From contig CAWGMA010000004.1 of the NCBI GenBank assembly GCA_963823555.1, forward strand, positions 576,001 to 640,000: a stretch of 64,000 nt of DNA. Reading direction: 5' to 3'. Made by a program: the position numbers and the translations under genes. This DNA is from Candidatus Eiseniibacteriota bacterium (lineage in GTDB: Bacteria > Eisenbacteria > RBG-16-71-46 > CAVPCR01). The notes under the pieces were generated by a model that saw only the letters and a list, made by a program, of their open reading frames with translations, made no database searches and had not been told where the DNA came from. Of the stretch, positions 9,900 through 21,812 are shown piece after piece; positions within the stretch are counted from its first letter, which is position 1; each line of letters opens with the position of its first letter.

Positions 9900-10205
9900 C
9901 TAGTTCACGGCGAGGGCCCGCTCGAGATAGCCGACCGCCTTCGGGTAGCGCGCGCGAACGGCTTCCCATTCCTCGTTCGTGAGCTGGCTCGGTTCCTTCC
10001 CCGTGACCAGCCGGGCGCCCTCGTAGGCCATCGCCACCAGATCCCGGTTGGCGTGGGCGGCGCCGAGACCGGCGCCTGCGATCTCGAGCACGCCGTTCAC
10101 GAAGTCGATGCCCGTCATGTGCTCGATGCCGCGCTCGGCGATGTAGCCGGCGATGCCACCCATCGCGGCATGCTTGGCCGTGCGCATGATGCGGTCGTTC
10201 ATCAC
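9900..10205 (-). CDS. Hypothetical protein, Gly/Ala-rich helices
   Basis: GAGGAG RBS; GTGA overlap with the upstream gene; host-like codon usage. Confidence 0.7.
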   Translation of the reverse strand: MMNDRIMRTAKHAAMGGIAGYIAERGIEHMTGIDFVNGVLEIAGAGLGAAHANRDLVAMAYEGARLVTGKEPSQLTNEEWEAVRARYPKAVGYLERALAVN

Positions 10206-10462
10206 TTGTTCTTACTCCTCGATTCGCCGTCCGGGACGGGCGCGGGAAGGGTGAACCCTTCCTCCTTGAGCGCATCCAGGGACTTGCGAATGTAGCGATC
10301 CTTCTGCTCGATGGCCTTGCGCAACCGATCGACCTCGCGCGCCAGCTCCCGGGCCCGCTTGCCTCCGAAGAAGAAGTGGTAGGACTGCCCGATGAGGAGC
10401 ATGAGCGCGAGCCCGATGATGAGCCCGAAGACGAAGCTCGGGATCTGGAATTCCATGGTCAT
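10202..10462 (-). CDS. Small single-TM protein with coiled-coil tail
   Basis: GAGGTG RBS, MTMEFQIPSFVFGLIIGLALMLLIG followed by a charged helix. Confidence 0.7.
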   Translation of the reverse strand: MTMEFQIPSFVFGLIIGLALMLLIGQSYHFFFGGKRARELAREVDRLRKAIEQKDRYIRKSLDALKEEGFTLPAPVPDGESRSKNK

Positions 10463-10598
10463 CGCTGGCACCTCGAAGTGCGCTTTGGGCTTGATGGTCC
10501 ACCTTGATCCTACCTCATCCGGGCCCGAAAAGGCTGCGCCGCTCACCCGCGGGTGAGCGGCGCCTGATCCACCATGAGCCGGGACGGCCCTCGGCCCT

Positions 10599-11003
10599 CT
10601 ACAGAATCTTGTAGGAGCCCAGGTTGAGGTGCATGAGGCCATCGTCGCCCTTGGCGACGGTGCCGGTCACCTCGCACGCCTTGGCGTTCTCCTCGCGCAG
10701 CTTCCACAGCTCGGAGTCGTGCTCGACGCCATCGATGACGTAGACATCACCGGCCGCGGTCTGGATGGCGGCGCTGCAGCTCGAGGTCTTGCCGAAGTTG
10801 CAGTGGCCGCAGCCGACGGTTCCGGTGAGGGTGACCGGGGCGGACGCTTCCGCGGCGGGCGTCTCGGTATCGGCCGCGGGAGCGGACTCCGTGGCCGCCG
10901 ATTGCGTGTCGCCGTGGGTTGCCGCCTGCTCGCCCTGCTGGCCGCCACAGCCGATGAGAGCCAGCCCGAAGAGGAGGGCGCAAACACCTGTGAGCAGTTT
11001 CAT
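10599..11003 (-). CDS. Lipoprotein with CxxC...C motif (possibly DUF6370-like)
   Basis: Lipobox LIGC, Ala/Pro/Thr linker, GCGHCNFGKTSSC; GGAGG RBS. Confidence 0.7.
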   Translation of the reverse strand: MKLLTGVCALLFGLALIGCGGQQGEQAATHGDTQSAATESAPAADTETPAAEASAPVTLTGTVGCGHCNFGKTSSCSAAIQTAAGDVYVIDGVEHDSELWKLREENAKACEVTGTVAKGDDGLMHLNLGSYKIL

Positions 11004-11099
11004 AACGGTCGAACCTCCAAATGTCCTTGAGGGGATGGCTGCGCGCAACCGAACGGCTGCGCGGGGGGATCGAAAAGACTATCACATGGTGGTCCAGCG

Positions 11100-11711
11100 T
11101 CAAGACGGGCCCGGGCCGCCCACGACCTCCTCGACGAAGAAGCGGTGGACGCGCGGGTCCGCCGTCAGCTCGGGGTGGAAGGTCGCCCCCAGGAGATGTC
11201 CCTGCCTGACGAGCACGGGTTCCAGGGGGAGGCCGTGCTCGCTGCCTCCGGCGAGACGTCCCAGCACCTCGACCCCCGCGCCGCAGTCGAGGATGCGCGG
11301 GGCGCGGATGAACACGCCCTCGATCGTCCCGCCCAGCGGCTCGGACGCGACCACGCCGATGAAGCTATCGACCTGCCGGCCGAAGGCGTTCCGCGCCACC
11401 TTCACATCGAGGATCCCGAGGCTCGCCTGCTCGGGGTTCGTCACCTCGCGGGCGAGCAGGATCACGCCGGCGCAGGTGCCGAAGGTGGGACGGGTGGCCA
11501 CGTAATCGACGAGCGCATCACGGAGACCGTTGCGTTCGAGGAGCCGGAGGATGGTTGTCGATTCGCCGCCTGGGATGACGAGTCCCGCAAGATCCTCGAG
11601 ATCCGCGGCGCCGCGCACGAGGCGCACGCCCGCGCCGAGCTGCTCGAGCATGGCGGCGTGCGCCGCGTAGTCGCCCTGGAGGGCGAGGATGCCGATCGTC
11701 GGTGAAGCCAT
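11100..11711 (-). CDS. pdxT: Pyridoxal 5'-phosphate synthase glutaminase subunit
   Basis: GILALQG, PGGESTT, FGTCAG, RNAFGRQVDSF, FIRAP, FHPELT. Confidence 0.95.
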   Translation of the reverse strand: MASPTIGILALQGDYAAHAAMLEQLGAGVRLVRGAADLEDLAGLVIPGGESTTILRLLERNGLRDALVDYVATRPTFGTCAGVILLAREVTNPEQASLGILDVKVARNAFGRQVDSFIGVVASEPLGGTIEGVFIRAPRILDCGAGVEVLGRLAGGSEHGLPLEPVLVRQGHLLGATFHPELTADPRVHRFFVEEVVGGPGPS

Positions 11712-11754
11712 CGGGGACGACCTTCCTTCCGTTCCTTCTTCTCTGGCCCTCGCC

Positions 11755-12639
<885 letters not shown>

Positions 12640-12654
12640 TGGAGCACCCTCCTG

Positions 12655-14241
12655 TTACAGGTGCGGCAGCGAGCGTGCAGCCGCGCGCCGGGCCTGGCCG
12701 TCGGGACCAGGCCCGGCGCGCAATTGCCGTTTGATGAGCCGCCCGAGAACCTCGATCCCACGCTCGATCTCGGGGCGATCGGTGCGGGCGATGGACAGCC
12801 GGAAGCAGTTCTCGCCTTCGGCGCGGTGGAAGAAGTAAGGGCCGGGAGTGAAGACGACCCCTTGCCGGCGCGATTCGGCGAGGAGATCGGTGACGCGCAT
12901 CGCCGGCGGCAGCGTCACCCAGAGCGCATAGCCGCCATCGGGGCGCGTCCACGTCGCATCGGCCGGGAAGTGGCGCTCGAGTGCCGCGAGGAGCGAGGTC
13001 CGGCGCTGGCGGTAGATGCGATGCAGCTTCTTGAGATGCTTCTCGTAGTGGCCGCCGCGGCAGAAGGCGGCGATCACCGCCTGCGCCAGCGAGCTCGTGT
13101 GGAGATCGGCATAGCGCTTGGCGAGGAGGAGCCGCTCGAGCACCGCCGGGGGCGCGGCGATCCAGCCCAGGCGGAGCCCCGGGAAGAGACCCTTGGAGAA
13201 GGTCCCGAGATGCATGATGAGCGCCTCGGGAGCGATCGCCTTCAGGCCCGGGAGCCCGTTGCCGAGAAGCCGCAGGTCCTTCTCGTAGTCGTCCTCGACG
13301 ACCGGGATCGAGTGCCGGCGCGCGATGTCGGCGAGCCCCTGGCGGGTCTCGAGGTTCATCGTGAGCCCGGTCGGGTTCTGGAAGTTGGGCATCGTGTAGA
13401 TGAGCTTCGGCCGGCGCTCGGCGACGACGGCGGAGAGAACGTCGAGGTCGAGTCCCTGCGGGGTCATCGGAACCTCGATCACGTCGGCGCGATAGAAGCC
13501 GAGCGCGGGCAGCAGACTCCAGTAGGTGGGCGATTCGACGACCACCGGATCGCCGGGATCCACGAACGCGCGCAGGAGGAGGTCGAGCCCCTGCTGGGCG
13601 CCGTTGACGATCACGATGTGATCGGCGGTGACCTGCATGCCGGCGCGGTTGAGCTCGCCAGCCAGGAACGTGCGGAGCTCGGGGTCGCCCTCGGGGGCCG
13701 AGTATTGAAGGAGCTCGCGCCCGCGGCGCGCGAGCACGTCCGCCATCAGGCGCCGGAAGGTGGCGACCGGGAAGAAGCTCTCGTCGGGGAAGAGGGCGGC
13801 GAAGTCGACCGCCTCCGGATGGTCGACGGTGAGGGGTTCCCGCGTCGGGAACCCCATGAGCTGCTCCATGCCGCGGGAGTAGGGCGCGGACCAGGGGACG
13901 CCGGAGATATCGGCGGCCGTGCCCTCGCGAGGGAGGGGGTCAGGCTGGGCTGGGTCGGCCACCGCGGTGGCGGGCGGGAGGCCCGAGCTCCGGCCGCGCG
14001 CGGCCTCGGCGCCGACGAAGGTTCCGCGGCCGACCCGTGCCTCCACGTACCCGAGCGTGCCGAGGGCGTCATAGGCGGCGGTGACCGTGGCGCGGTTCAC
14101 CTTGAGGTCGCGGGCTAGCGTGCGGGAAGGCGGCAAGCGCGTTCCTGCCGGAAGCGTCCCGGACTCGATCATGCTCCGGAGCTTCTGGGCGATCTGCCGG
14201 TAGACCGGCACCGAGTGGTCGCGTTCGAGCTCGATCCGCAT
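12655..14241 (-). CDS. MocR-subfamily GntR regulator (wHTH plus PLP-dependent aminotransferase-like domain), PdxR-like
   Basis: PVYRQI...LPPSRTLARDLKVNRATV, NGAQQGLDL, PNFQNPTG, EDD, GTFSKGLFPGLRLGW; directly upstream of pdxST. Confidence 0.9.
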   Translation of the reverse strand: MRIELERDHSVPVYRQIAQKLRSMIESGTLPAGTRLPPSRTLARDLKVNRATVTAAYDALGTLGYVEARVGRGTFVGAEAARGRSSGLPPATAVADPAQPDPLPREGTAADISGVPWSAPYSRGMEQLMGFPTREPLTVDHPEAVDFAALFPDESFFPVATFRRLMADVLARRGRELLQYSAPEGDPELRTFLAGELNRAGMQVTADHIVIVNGAQQGLDLLLRAFVDPGDPVVVESPTYWSLLPALGFYRADVIEVPMTPQGLDLDVLSAVVAERRPKLIYTMPNFQNPTGLTMNLETRQGLADIARRHSIPVVEDDYEKDLRLLGNGLPGLKAIAPEALIMHLGTFSKGLFPGLRLGWIAAPPAVLERLLLAKRYADLHTSSLAQAVIAAFCRGGHYEKHLKKLHRIYRQRRTSLLAALERHFPADATWTRPDGGYALWVTLPPAMRVTDLLAESRRQGVVFTPGPYFFHRAEGENCFRLSIARTDRPEIERGIEVLGRLIKRQLRAGPGPDGQARRAAARSLPHL

Positions 14242-14267
14242 CGTCTTGCCAGGCTGGGGGACGAGTC

Positions 14268-14420
14268 GATTGGATGGTCCAATATCCAATTGGCCCATCT
14301 CTCTTGACGCTCTGATTGTCGACCCGGGCTGAGGCCGGGTCAAGGGCTTTTTGGGCGCCGATTCTGGCCAAACAGCGGATCGGTCCTGAGTGATTGGATG
14401 GTCCAATCAGGCTGGATTGG
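14268..14420 (-). promoter_or_regulatory. Promoter of mocR-pdxST flanked by two palindromic operator candidates
   Basis: GATTGGATGGTCCAAT at 14268-14283 and 14392-14407; minus-strand TTGACC (14343-14338)-N17-GACAAT (14320-14315) lies between them. Confidence 0.7.
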
Positions 14421-14454
14421 CGGGTCTGCGAGGTGAGCGAAGGGCCGCTGGCTG

Positions 14455-15612
14455 CTACTGCGCCGCCATCGACTCCTTCATGAGGGTGCGCGCGATCACC
14501 AGGCGCTGGATCTCGGAGGTGCCCTCGCCGATCGTGCACAGCTTGGCGTCGCGGAAGAACTTCTCGGCCGGGAAGTCCTTGGTGTAGCCATAGCCGCCGA
14601 AGATCTGGAGCGCGTCGTTGGTGGCGCGCACGCCGACCTCCGAGGCGAAGAGCTTGGCCATGGCCGAATGCCGCGTCACGGCCATCCCGCGGTCCTTCAT
14701 CCACGCCGCGTGATAGGTGAGGAGACGGGCGGCATCGATCTCCTTGGCCATGTCGGCGAGCATGTTCTGCACCGCCTGGAACTGGGAGATCGGCTGGTCG
14801 AACTGCTCGCGCTCCTTCGAGTACTGGAGGGCGGCGCGGAAGGCGCCCTCGGCCATGCCGAGCGCGAGCGCGGCGATCGAGATGCGGCCGCCGTCGAGGA
14901 TCATCATCGCATCGTGGAAGCCCTCGCCCTCGGCGCCGAGACGATTGGCGGCGGGTACGGCGCAATCCTGCATCACGAGCTCGGCGGTGTCCGAGGCGCG
15001 GAGCCCGAGCTTGTCCTCCTTCTTGCCGGGAGTGAAGCCGGGGGTGCCCTTCTCGATGATGAAGGCGGTGATGCCCTTCTTCCCGAGCTTGGGATCGACC
15101 GTGGCGTAGACCACGGAGACATCGGCCTGCGTGCCCTGCGAGGCGAAGGTCTTCGAGCCGTTGAGGATGTACTGGTCGCCGTCCTTCTTGGCCACGGTCT
15201 TGGTGCCGCCGGCGTCGGAGCCGGCGGTGGGCTCGGTCAGGCTCCAGGCCCCGATCCACTCGCCGCTCGTGAGCTTCGGCAGGTAGCGCCGCTTCTGTTC
15301 CTCGCTGCCGGCGTCGAAGATCGCGTTCGTGCAGAGGGAGTTGTGGGCGGCGACGGTGATCCCCACCGAGCCGTCCACCCGGCTCAGTTCCTCGACCGCG
15401 AGGACGTAATCGATGTAACTCAGGCCTGCTCCGCCGTACTCCTCGGGGAAGATGATGCCCATGATGCCGAGGTCGCCGAGCTTCTTGTACACCTCGCGCG
15501 GGAAGTGCTGACCCTCGTCCCACTCGCGCACGTGGGGCTTGATCTCCTCCTCGGCGAACTGGCGGAGGGTCTTCTGGAACAGCTTCTGTTCGGCGGTGAA
15601 ATCGAAATCCAC
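14455..15612 (-). CDS. Acyl-CoA dehydrogenase
   Basis: [60 protein letters not shown] before GTG 15612. Confidence 0.93.
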   Translation of the reverse strand: MDFDFTAEQKLFQKTLRQFAEEEIKPHVREWDEGQHFPREVYKKLGDLGIMGIIFPEEYGGAGLSYIDYVLAVEELSRVDGSVGITVAAHNSLCTNAIFDAGSEEQKRRYLPKLTSGEWIGAWSLTEPTAGSDAGGTKTVAKKDGDQYILNGSKTFASQGTQADVSVVYATVDPKLGKKGITAFIIEKGTPGFTPGKKEDKLGLRASDTAELVMQDCAVPAANRLGAEGEGFHDAMMILDGGRISIAALALGMAEGAFRAALQYSKEREQFDQPISQFQAVQNMLADMAKEIDAARLLTYHAAWMKDRGMAVTRHSAMAKLFASEVGVRATNDALQIFGGYGYTKDFPAEKFFRDAKLCTIGEGTSEIQRLVIARTLMKESMAAQ

Positions 15613-15709
15613 GGTTCGCTCCTTGGAACGGCGCGAGATGAGGGTCTTGGATTGTAGGCGATCGGAGGGCGGGCAGGCAAGCCGCCGCCGTGGCTCGGGC
15701 GATGCCGCT

Positions 15710-18700
15710 CTAGGCGACGCCGAAGTGCCGGGCCAGTGCCGTGCCGGTGTGCGAGCGCCGCCGGGCGCGGGCGAGATCGAGGGGATGCCCGGTGGCGACG
15801 ACGCGCCCGCCTGCGACTCCACCCTCCGGACCGAGGTCGATCACGTGATCCGCCGCCGCGATGAACTCGAGGTTGTGCTCGATGACGATGACGGTGTCGT
15901 CGCGATCGACGAGGCGGTGGAGGCAGGCAATGAGCTTCTCGGTGTCGCCGAGGTGGAGCCCGGTCGTCGGTTCGTCGAGGAGATAGACCGTGCCGCCGCC
16001 CGTGCCCCGGCCGAGCTCGGCCGCGAGCTTGATCCGCTGCGCCTCGCCGCCGGAGAGCGTGTTCGACGGCTGGCCGAGCGTGAGGTAGCCGAGTCCGATC
16101 TCCTCGAGCACCTGGAGCCGGCGGTGGATCGAGGGGATGGCGGCGAACGCATCCTCGGCTTCCGAGATGGTGAGCGCGAGGATGTCGGCGATCGAGCGTC
16201 CATCCCACACGATCTCGAGCGTCTCTGCGTTGAATCGCCGGCCGCCGCAGGAGTCGCAGTCGACGTAGACATTGGGGAGGAAGTTCATCTCCACCTTGAC
16301 CCGCCCCTGCCCGGCGCAGGTCTCGCAGCGGCCGCCGGCCACGTTGAAGCTGAAGCGGTTCGGCGCGTAGCCGCGCGCCCGCGCCGCCGGCGTCTGGGCG
16401 AGGAGGCCGCGGATCTCCGCCAGCACGCCGACGTAGGTGGCGGGTACCGAGCGCGGCGTCTTGCCGATCGGGGACTGATCCACCTCGGCGACGCGCCGCA
16501 CCTCGCCCCGGAGCTCGAGGCCGCGATGACGTGCGGGCGCGCGCCCCTCCTTGAGGCCCAGCTCCTGCCTCAGCGCGTGGTACAGGATGTCGCGGACGAG
16601 CGTGGATTTTCCCGAACCCGAGACCCCGGTGACGCAGGTGAGGGTCCCCAGCGGGAACTCGACGTCGATCTCCTTGAGGTTGTGCTCGGCGGCGCCGAGG
16701 ACGCGGACGAAGCTGCCGCTCGGGATGCGGCGCGGGGCCGGCTCCGGGGCCTTCTGGCGGCGGAGGAAGGCCCCGGTCGGCGAGGAACGAACGCGTGCCA
16801 CCTGGGCCGGCGAGCCCTGGGCCACGACGCGCCCGCCCGCGGCCCCCGCCGCGGGACCGAGATCGATCACCTGATCGGCGGCCCGGATCGTATCCTCGTC
16901 GTGCTCGACCACGATCACCGAGTTGCCGCGATCGCGAAGCCCGGTGAGGGTCGCGAGCAGCTTCCCGTGGTCGCGCGGATGGAGGCCGATCGTGGGCTCG
17001 TCGAGGATGTAGAGAACGCCGCGAAGGTTCGAGCCGAGCTGGGCGGCAAGCCGGATCCGCTGCGCCTCGCCGCCGGAGAGCGTGTCGGCGCTGCGGTCGA
17101 GGCTCAGGTAGGGGAGACCGACCTCGGCGAGGAAGCGGAGCCGGGAGGCGATCTCCGCGGCGAGCGGGCCGGCGATCGGGGTCTCCCTCGCGCCGAGCTT
17201 GAGGGTCGAGAAGAAGCGGAGCGCGTCGGCGACCGTGAGCGCCGAGAGCTCGGCGATCGAGTGCTTGCGGAAGGTGACGGCGAGGGACTCGCGCCGGAGA
17301 CGCGCGCCGCTGCAGTCAGGACACGCCATGTCGCCGTTCCCGGATTCCTCCGTCGATTCCTCGTCCTCCTCTTCCGCTTCGGGATGCCCGAGTACGCCGA
17401 GTCCGTTGCAGCGGGGACAGGCGCCGAGCGGCGAGTTGAAGGAGAAGGCGCGCGGATCGAGCTCGTCGAGCCCGAGCCCGCAATCGGGACAGGCGAGCCG
17501 CTCGGAGAGCGTCACTTCCTCGCCGCGCGCGGGCACGATGCGCACCGCGCCGCGCCCGAGATCGAGGCTCTCCTCGATGGCGGCGAGCAGCGCCTCACCA
17601 TCAGAAACGGCAACCGACTTCACCACCGCCTCGATGCGGTGCTCGCGATAGCGATCGAGCTTGGGGAGGGGGGAGAGCGGCACGACCTGGCCGTCGATCC
17701 GCGCCGCCTCGTAGCCCTGCTTCCGGAGGCGGGCCAGCACGTCCTTGTGGAACCCCTTGCGATCGCGCACCACGGGCGCAAGCAGCGCGACCCGCTGCTT
17801 TGGAAAGCGCCGCTTCACCTCGTCGCGGATCTGCCGCCGCGTCTGGGGCACGATCTCGATCCGGCAGTCGGGGCAGTGCGGCGTTCCTGTGCGCGCGAAT
17901 AGAAGCCGCATGAAAGGATAGATCTCGGTCGCCGTCGCCACCGTCGACTTCCGCCCGCCGCGCGACACGCGCTGCTCGATGGCCACGGTCGGCGGCAGGC
18001 CGCGCGTGGCCTCGACATCGGCGCGTGGCATCTGGGTCACGAACTGGCGGGCGTAGGCCGAGAGGCTCTCCATGTAGCGGCGCTGGCCCTCGGCGAAGAG
18101 GATGTCGTAGGCGAGCGTCGACTTTCCCGAGCCGCTGGGCCCGGTGATCACCACCAGGCGATCGCGCGGGATGTCGACATCGATGTTCTTGAGATTGTTC
18201 TGGCGCGCTCCCCGGACCTCCACGAACTCGGGACCCCGGCGCCGCCGGCCGTTCCGCGGCGGTTCCACGCCGGCTTCCGGAGCGGCGCCCGCCACAGGAG
18301 GCGCAGACGGAACGTGCCGCTTGCCGAGCCGGTACACGCCCGGTTCCTCCTGGATCGCCGCCGCCCGCGCGAGGAGCGGCGCCAGATGCCTCCCGGTGTG
18401 CGAGCGCGTGGTCTCGGCGATCCGCTCGGGCGCGCCGGCGGCGACGATCTCGCCGCCCAGATCACCGCCCTCGGGGCCGAGATCGATCACCCAGTCGGCG
18501 GCCGCGATCACCTCGAGATGATGCTCGATCACGACCACCGAGTGCCCGAGGTCGACGAGCCGCTGCAGCGCGCCGAGGAGGATATCGACATCGGCGAGAT
18601 GAAGGCCGGTGGTCGGCTCATCGAACAGGAAGAGGCTTCCTTGCAGGAGCGCCGACTTCAAGTGCGCGGCGAGCTTCAAGCGCTGGGCCTCGCCTCCCGA

Positions 18701-21193
18701 GAGGGTCGAGAGCGGCTGGCCGAGACGCAGGTAGCCGAGCCCGACCTCGGCCAGCGGCCGGAGCGGACCCGCGATCGCCTCGTCATCGGCGAAGGCGACA
18801 AGGGCCTCATCGACCGTGAGGTCGAGAACGTCGAGGATGGTGCGATCGTCGAGACGGATCTCGAGCACCTCGGGCTGGAAGCGCTTGCCGCCGCAGGCCG
18901 GGCACGGCAGGAAGACATCCGAGAGAAACTGCATCTCGATCTTCTCGAATCCATCCCCGGCGCAGTGCTCGCAGCGTCCGCCCTCGACATTGAAGGAGAA
19001 GGTGGCCGCGTCATGGCCGCGCGCCCTGGCGGTGGGGGTGGCGGCGAAGCGACGGCGGATGCCGTCGTAGGCCTTCACATAGGTGGCGGCGTTGGCGCGC
19101 GGCGAGCGCCCGATCGGGGACTGGTCGACGAGGATGACCTCGGCCACCGCGGCCGCACCCCGGATCCCCCGCATCTCCCCCGGACGCTCGGCGCGATCCC
19201 CGCGCAGCCTGCGCAGCCCGCGATAGAGGCAGTCGACGACGAGCGTCGATTTCCCCGAGCCCGAGACGCCGGTGATGCAGACCAGGCGCTCGAGCGGGAT
19301 CGCCGCCGTCACATCCTTGAGATTGTGGGCGCGGGCGCCCTCGATCCTGAGGGTGCGCTCGGCGCGCAGATCGACCGGGCGCCGGCGGCGGCGCGGCGCG
19401 AGGTGCCGCTTTCCGGTGAGGAACTCGGCGGTCACCGACCCCCGCCGTGCGGCCTTGCCGATCGTGGCCGGGGGCCCCGAGTAAAGGAGGCTGCCGCCCC
19501 GCTCGCCGGCTCCCGGGCCGAGATCCACCAGGCGATCGGCGGCGCGGATGAGATCGGGATCGTGCTCGACGACGACGAGCGTGTTCCCCAGCTCGCGCAA
19601 TCCCTTCAGGATGCCGATGAGGCGCGCCGTGTCGCGGGGATGGAGCCCGATCGAGGGTTCATCGAGGACATAGAGCGTGTTGACGAGATGCGCGCCGAGC
19701 GCGGTCGTCAAGTTGACGCGCTGCACCTCGCCGCCGGAGAGCGTGCGCGACTGGCGGTCGAGCGTGAGATAGCCAAGCCCGACCTCGGCGAGATAGCCGA
19801 GGCGGCTCTCCATCTCGCGGCGGATGGCGAGCGCCGCCTCGTGCTCGAACGGGCCGAGCTCGAGCTCGACGATATGCCGGTGCGCGGCGGCGATCGGCTG
19901 GGCGTAGAAGTCGGCGATCGAGAGCCCGCCGACACGGAACTGGAGCGCCTCCGGCTTGAGCCGCGTGCCGCCGCAGCCCTGGCATGGCACGTAGTCGCGA
20001 TACCGGGACAGCATGACCCGGATGTGCATCTTGTAGGAGCGGCCCTTCAGCCAGTCGAAGAAACCGTCGACGCCGTAGAAGTCGCTCCCCGCGCCGTGGA
20101 GGATGAGCTCGCGCGCGGCTGGAGGGAGCTTGGCCCAGGGGACATCGGTGGGGATCTTCCGCGCCGCGCAGAACTCGAGCAGATCTCGCTGGCACTCGCG
20201 ATAGGAGGGCGAAGTCCAGGGCTTGATGGCGTCGTTCTTGAGGGTGCGGGCCGGATCGGGAACGACGAGGTCGTAGTCGATCTCGATCGTGCGGCCGAAG
20301 CCGTGACAGGTCTCGCAGGCGCCGACCGGCGAGTTGAACGAAAAGAGATTGGGGACTGGATCGCGATAGGCGATATCACATCGCGCGCAGTGGAGCCGCA
20401 CCGAGTAGGCGTGGGTTTCATCACGCACGAGGTCGTGCGCGACCATGACCCCCGCCCCGAAGCGGAGCGCGAGCTCGATCGAATCGACGAGGCGGGCCCG
20501 TCCGGTCTGACCGGCGAGCACGCGGTCGACCACGACCTCGGTGTGGCCGGAGGTGAAGAGCGTTTCCGGCGCCTCGTCGAGGTCCACCGTGTCGCCGGCG
20601 GCGAAGAGGCGGGTGAAGCCGTTCCGGCGGAGGATCTCGCGGAGCTCGGCCGCGCCCACCGTGCCGCGCGCATCGAGCGGGAACGCGATGACGAGACGCG
20701 TGCCGCCCGGAAGCTCGTCCAGATCGGCGGCGATGGCGGCCGGTTGATCGCGATGCACGGGCTCGCCGCACTTGCGGCAATGGAGGGCGCCGATCCGCGC
20801 CCACAGGAGCTTCGCGTAATCGGCGACCTCGGTCATGGTGGCGACGGTCGAGCGTGAGTTCTTGACCGGGTTCGACTGATCGATCGCGACCGCCGGCGGA
20901 ATGCCCTCGATGCGATCCACGGCCGGGCGGTCCATGCGGTCGAGGAACTGGCGGGCGTAGGTGGAGAAGCTCTCGACGTAGCGCCGTTGCCCTTCGGCAT
21001 AGAGCGTGTCGAAGGCGAGCGAGGACTTGCCCGAGCCGGAAACGCCGGTGACGACGACGAGCTCCCCCTCGGGGAGCGTGAGATCGAAGCCGCGGAGGTT
21101 GTGCTGGCGAGCGCCGAAGATGCGGATCGGACTCTGTCCGGTGCGCTTCCGGGAACGCGCTGGACGCGCGCGGGTTCTGGGTTCGCCACGCAT
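15710..21193 (-). CDS. uvrA: Excinuclease ABC subunit A, double-length (two fused UvrA modules)
   Basis: 1827 aa with four Walker A (GxSGSGKS) and four LSGGE signatures, multiple CxxC zinc sites, EGQRRY twice. Confidence 0.92.
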   Translation of the reverse strand: MRGEPRTRARPARSRKRTGQSPIRIFGARQHNLRGFDLTLPEGELVVVTGVSGSGKSSLAFDTLYAEGQRRYVESFSTYARQFLDRMDRPAVDRIEGIPPAVAIDQSNPVKNSRSTVATMTEVADYAKLLWARIGALHCRKCGEPVHRDQPAAIAADLDELPGGTRLVIAFPLDARGTVGAAELREILRRNGFTRLFAAGDTVDLDEAPETLFTSGHTEVVVDRVLAGQTGRARLVDSIELALRFGAGVMVAHDLVRDETHAYSVRLHCARCDIAYRDPVPNLFSFNSPVGACETCHGFGRTIEIDYDLVVPDPARTLKNDAIKPWTSPSYRECQRDLLEFCAARKIPTDVPWAKLPPAARELILHGAGSDFYGVDGFFDWLKGRSYKMHIRVMLSRYRDYVPCQGCGGTRLKPEALQFRVGGLSIADFYAQPIAAAHRHIVELELGPFEHEAALAIRREMESRLGYLAEVGLGYLTLDRQSRTLSGGEVQRVNLTTALGAHLVNTLYVLDEPSIGLHPRDTARLIGILKGLRELGNTLVVVEHDPDLIRAADRLVDLGPGAGERGGSLLYSGPPATIGKAARRGSVTAEFLTGKRHLAPRRRRRPVDLRAERTLRIEGARAHNLKDVTAAIPLERLVCITGVSGSGKSTLVVDCLYRGLRRLRGDRAERPGEMRGIRGAAAVAEVILVDQSPIGRSPRANAATYVKAYDGIRRRFAATPTARARGHDAATFSFNVEGGRCEHCAGDGFEKIEMQFLSDVFLPCPACGGKRFQPEVLEIRLDDRTILDVLDLTVDEALVAFADDEAIAGPLRPLAEVGLGYLRLGQPLSTLSGGEAQRLKLAAHLKSALLQGSLFLFDEPTTGLHLADVDILLGALQRLVDLGHSVVVIEHHLEVIAAADWVIDLGPEGGDLGGEIVAAGAPERIAETTRSHTGRHLAPLLARAAAIQEEPGVYRLGKRHVPSAPPVAGAAPEAGVEPPRNGRRRRGPEFVEVRGARQNNLKNIDVDIPRDRLVVITGPSGSGKSTLAYDILFAEGQRRYMESLSAYARQFVTQMPRADVEATRGLPPTVAIEQRVSRGGRKSTVATATEIYPFMRLLFARTGTPHCPDCRIEIVPQTRRQIRDEVKRRFPKQRVALLAPVVRDRKGFHKDVLARLRKQGYEAARIDGQVVPLSPLPKLDRYREHRIEAVVKSVAVSDGEALLAAIEESLDLGRGAVRIVPARGEEVTLSERLACPDCGLGLDELDPRAFSFNSPLGACPRCNGLGVLGHPEAEEEDEESTEESGNGDMACPDCSGARLRRESLAVTFRKHSIAELSALTVADALRFFSTLKLGARETPIAGPLAAEIASRLRFLAEVGLPYLSLDRSADTLSGGEAQRIRLAAQLGSNLRGVLYILDEPTIGLHPRDHGKLLATLTGLRDRGNSVIVVEHDEDTIRAADQVIDLGPAAGAAGGRVVAQGSPAQVARVRSSPTGAFLRRQKAPEPAPRRIPSGSFVRVLGAAEHNLKEIDVEFPLGTLTCVTGVSGSGKSTLVRDILYHALRQELGLKEGRAPARHRGLELRGEVRRVAEVDQSPIGKTPRSVPATYVGVLAEIRGLLAQTPAARARGYAPNRFSFNVAGGRCETCAGQGRVKVEMNFLPNVYVDCDSCGGRRFNAETLEIVWDGRSIADILALTISEAEDAFAAIPSIHRRLQVLEEIGLGYLTLGQPSNTLSGGEAQRIKLAAELGRGTGGGTVYLLDEPTTGLHLGDTEKLIACLHRLVDRDDTVIVIEHNLEFIAAADHVIDLGPEGGVAGGRVVATGHPLDLARARRRSHTGTALARHFGVA

Positions 21194-21208
21194 ATCTTGA
21201 GATGCCCT

Positions 21209-21652
21209 TTATGGCTGCTTCGGGTCTTCGGTGGTCACTTCGCGGGCGGCCGACGCCAGCTGCGCGATCGTGATGCGGTCGAAGTCCGCGTGGAGGCGAA
21301 CCCGGAGCGCCTTCCAGTTGTCGTGCATCGGGCAGGGGTGGTCATCGTGGCATTCGCGGAGGCCGAGGAAGCAGTCACCGAGGAAGTCGGGGCCGTCGAC
21401 GGCGGCGATGACCTGGGTCAGGCGGATCTTGTGCGGCGCCCGGGCGAGCCGGATCCCGCCCCCAGGCCCCTTGAACGCGTCGACGAGGTTCGCCCGCGCC
21501 AGCTTGCCGACGAGCTTGGCGAGGAAATGCGGCGGAATCCCTTCCGCCTCGGCGATGTCCTTGACCGGAGAGGCCTCGGCGGCGCTCTGTTGCGCCAGAT
21601 GCACGAGCGTGCGCACCGCGTACTGGGCGGCGCGTGAGATGCCGTAGTTCAC
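21209..21652 (-). CDS. Rrf2-family transcriptional regulator (probable Fe-S binding)
   Basis: YAVRTL, IAEAEGIP...GPGGG, CFLGLRECHDDHPCPMH. Confidence 0.9.
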   Translation of the reverse strand: MNYGISRAAQYAVRTLVHLAQQSAAEASPVKDIAEAEGIPPHFLAKLVGKLARANLVDAFKGPGGGIRLARAPHKIRLTQVIAAVDGPDFLGDCFLGLRECHDDHPCPMHDNWKALRVRLHADFDRITIAQLASAAREVTTEDPKQP

Positions 21653-21812
21653 GGCATCAAGTGAACGAGAAATGTGACTCCCAGGTCAAGAATTATTATC
21701 TGGCGCCTTGCGGCGACCGTCCTGCTCGAAAAGGGCCGGGTGAAGTGCTAGCGTTGCGGGACGCGAGCGCGCCGGCCGGGCGCGCACAGGAAGGCGGCGC
21801 GAGGACTATGCC

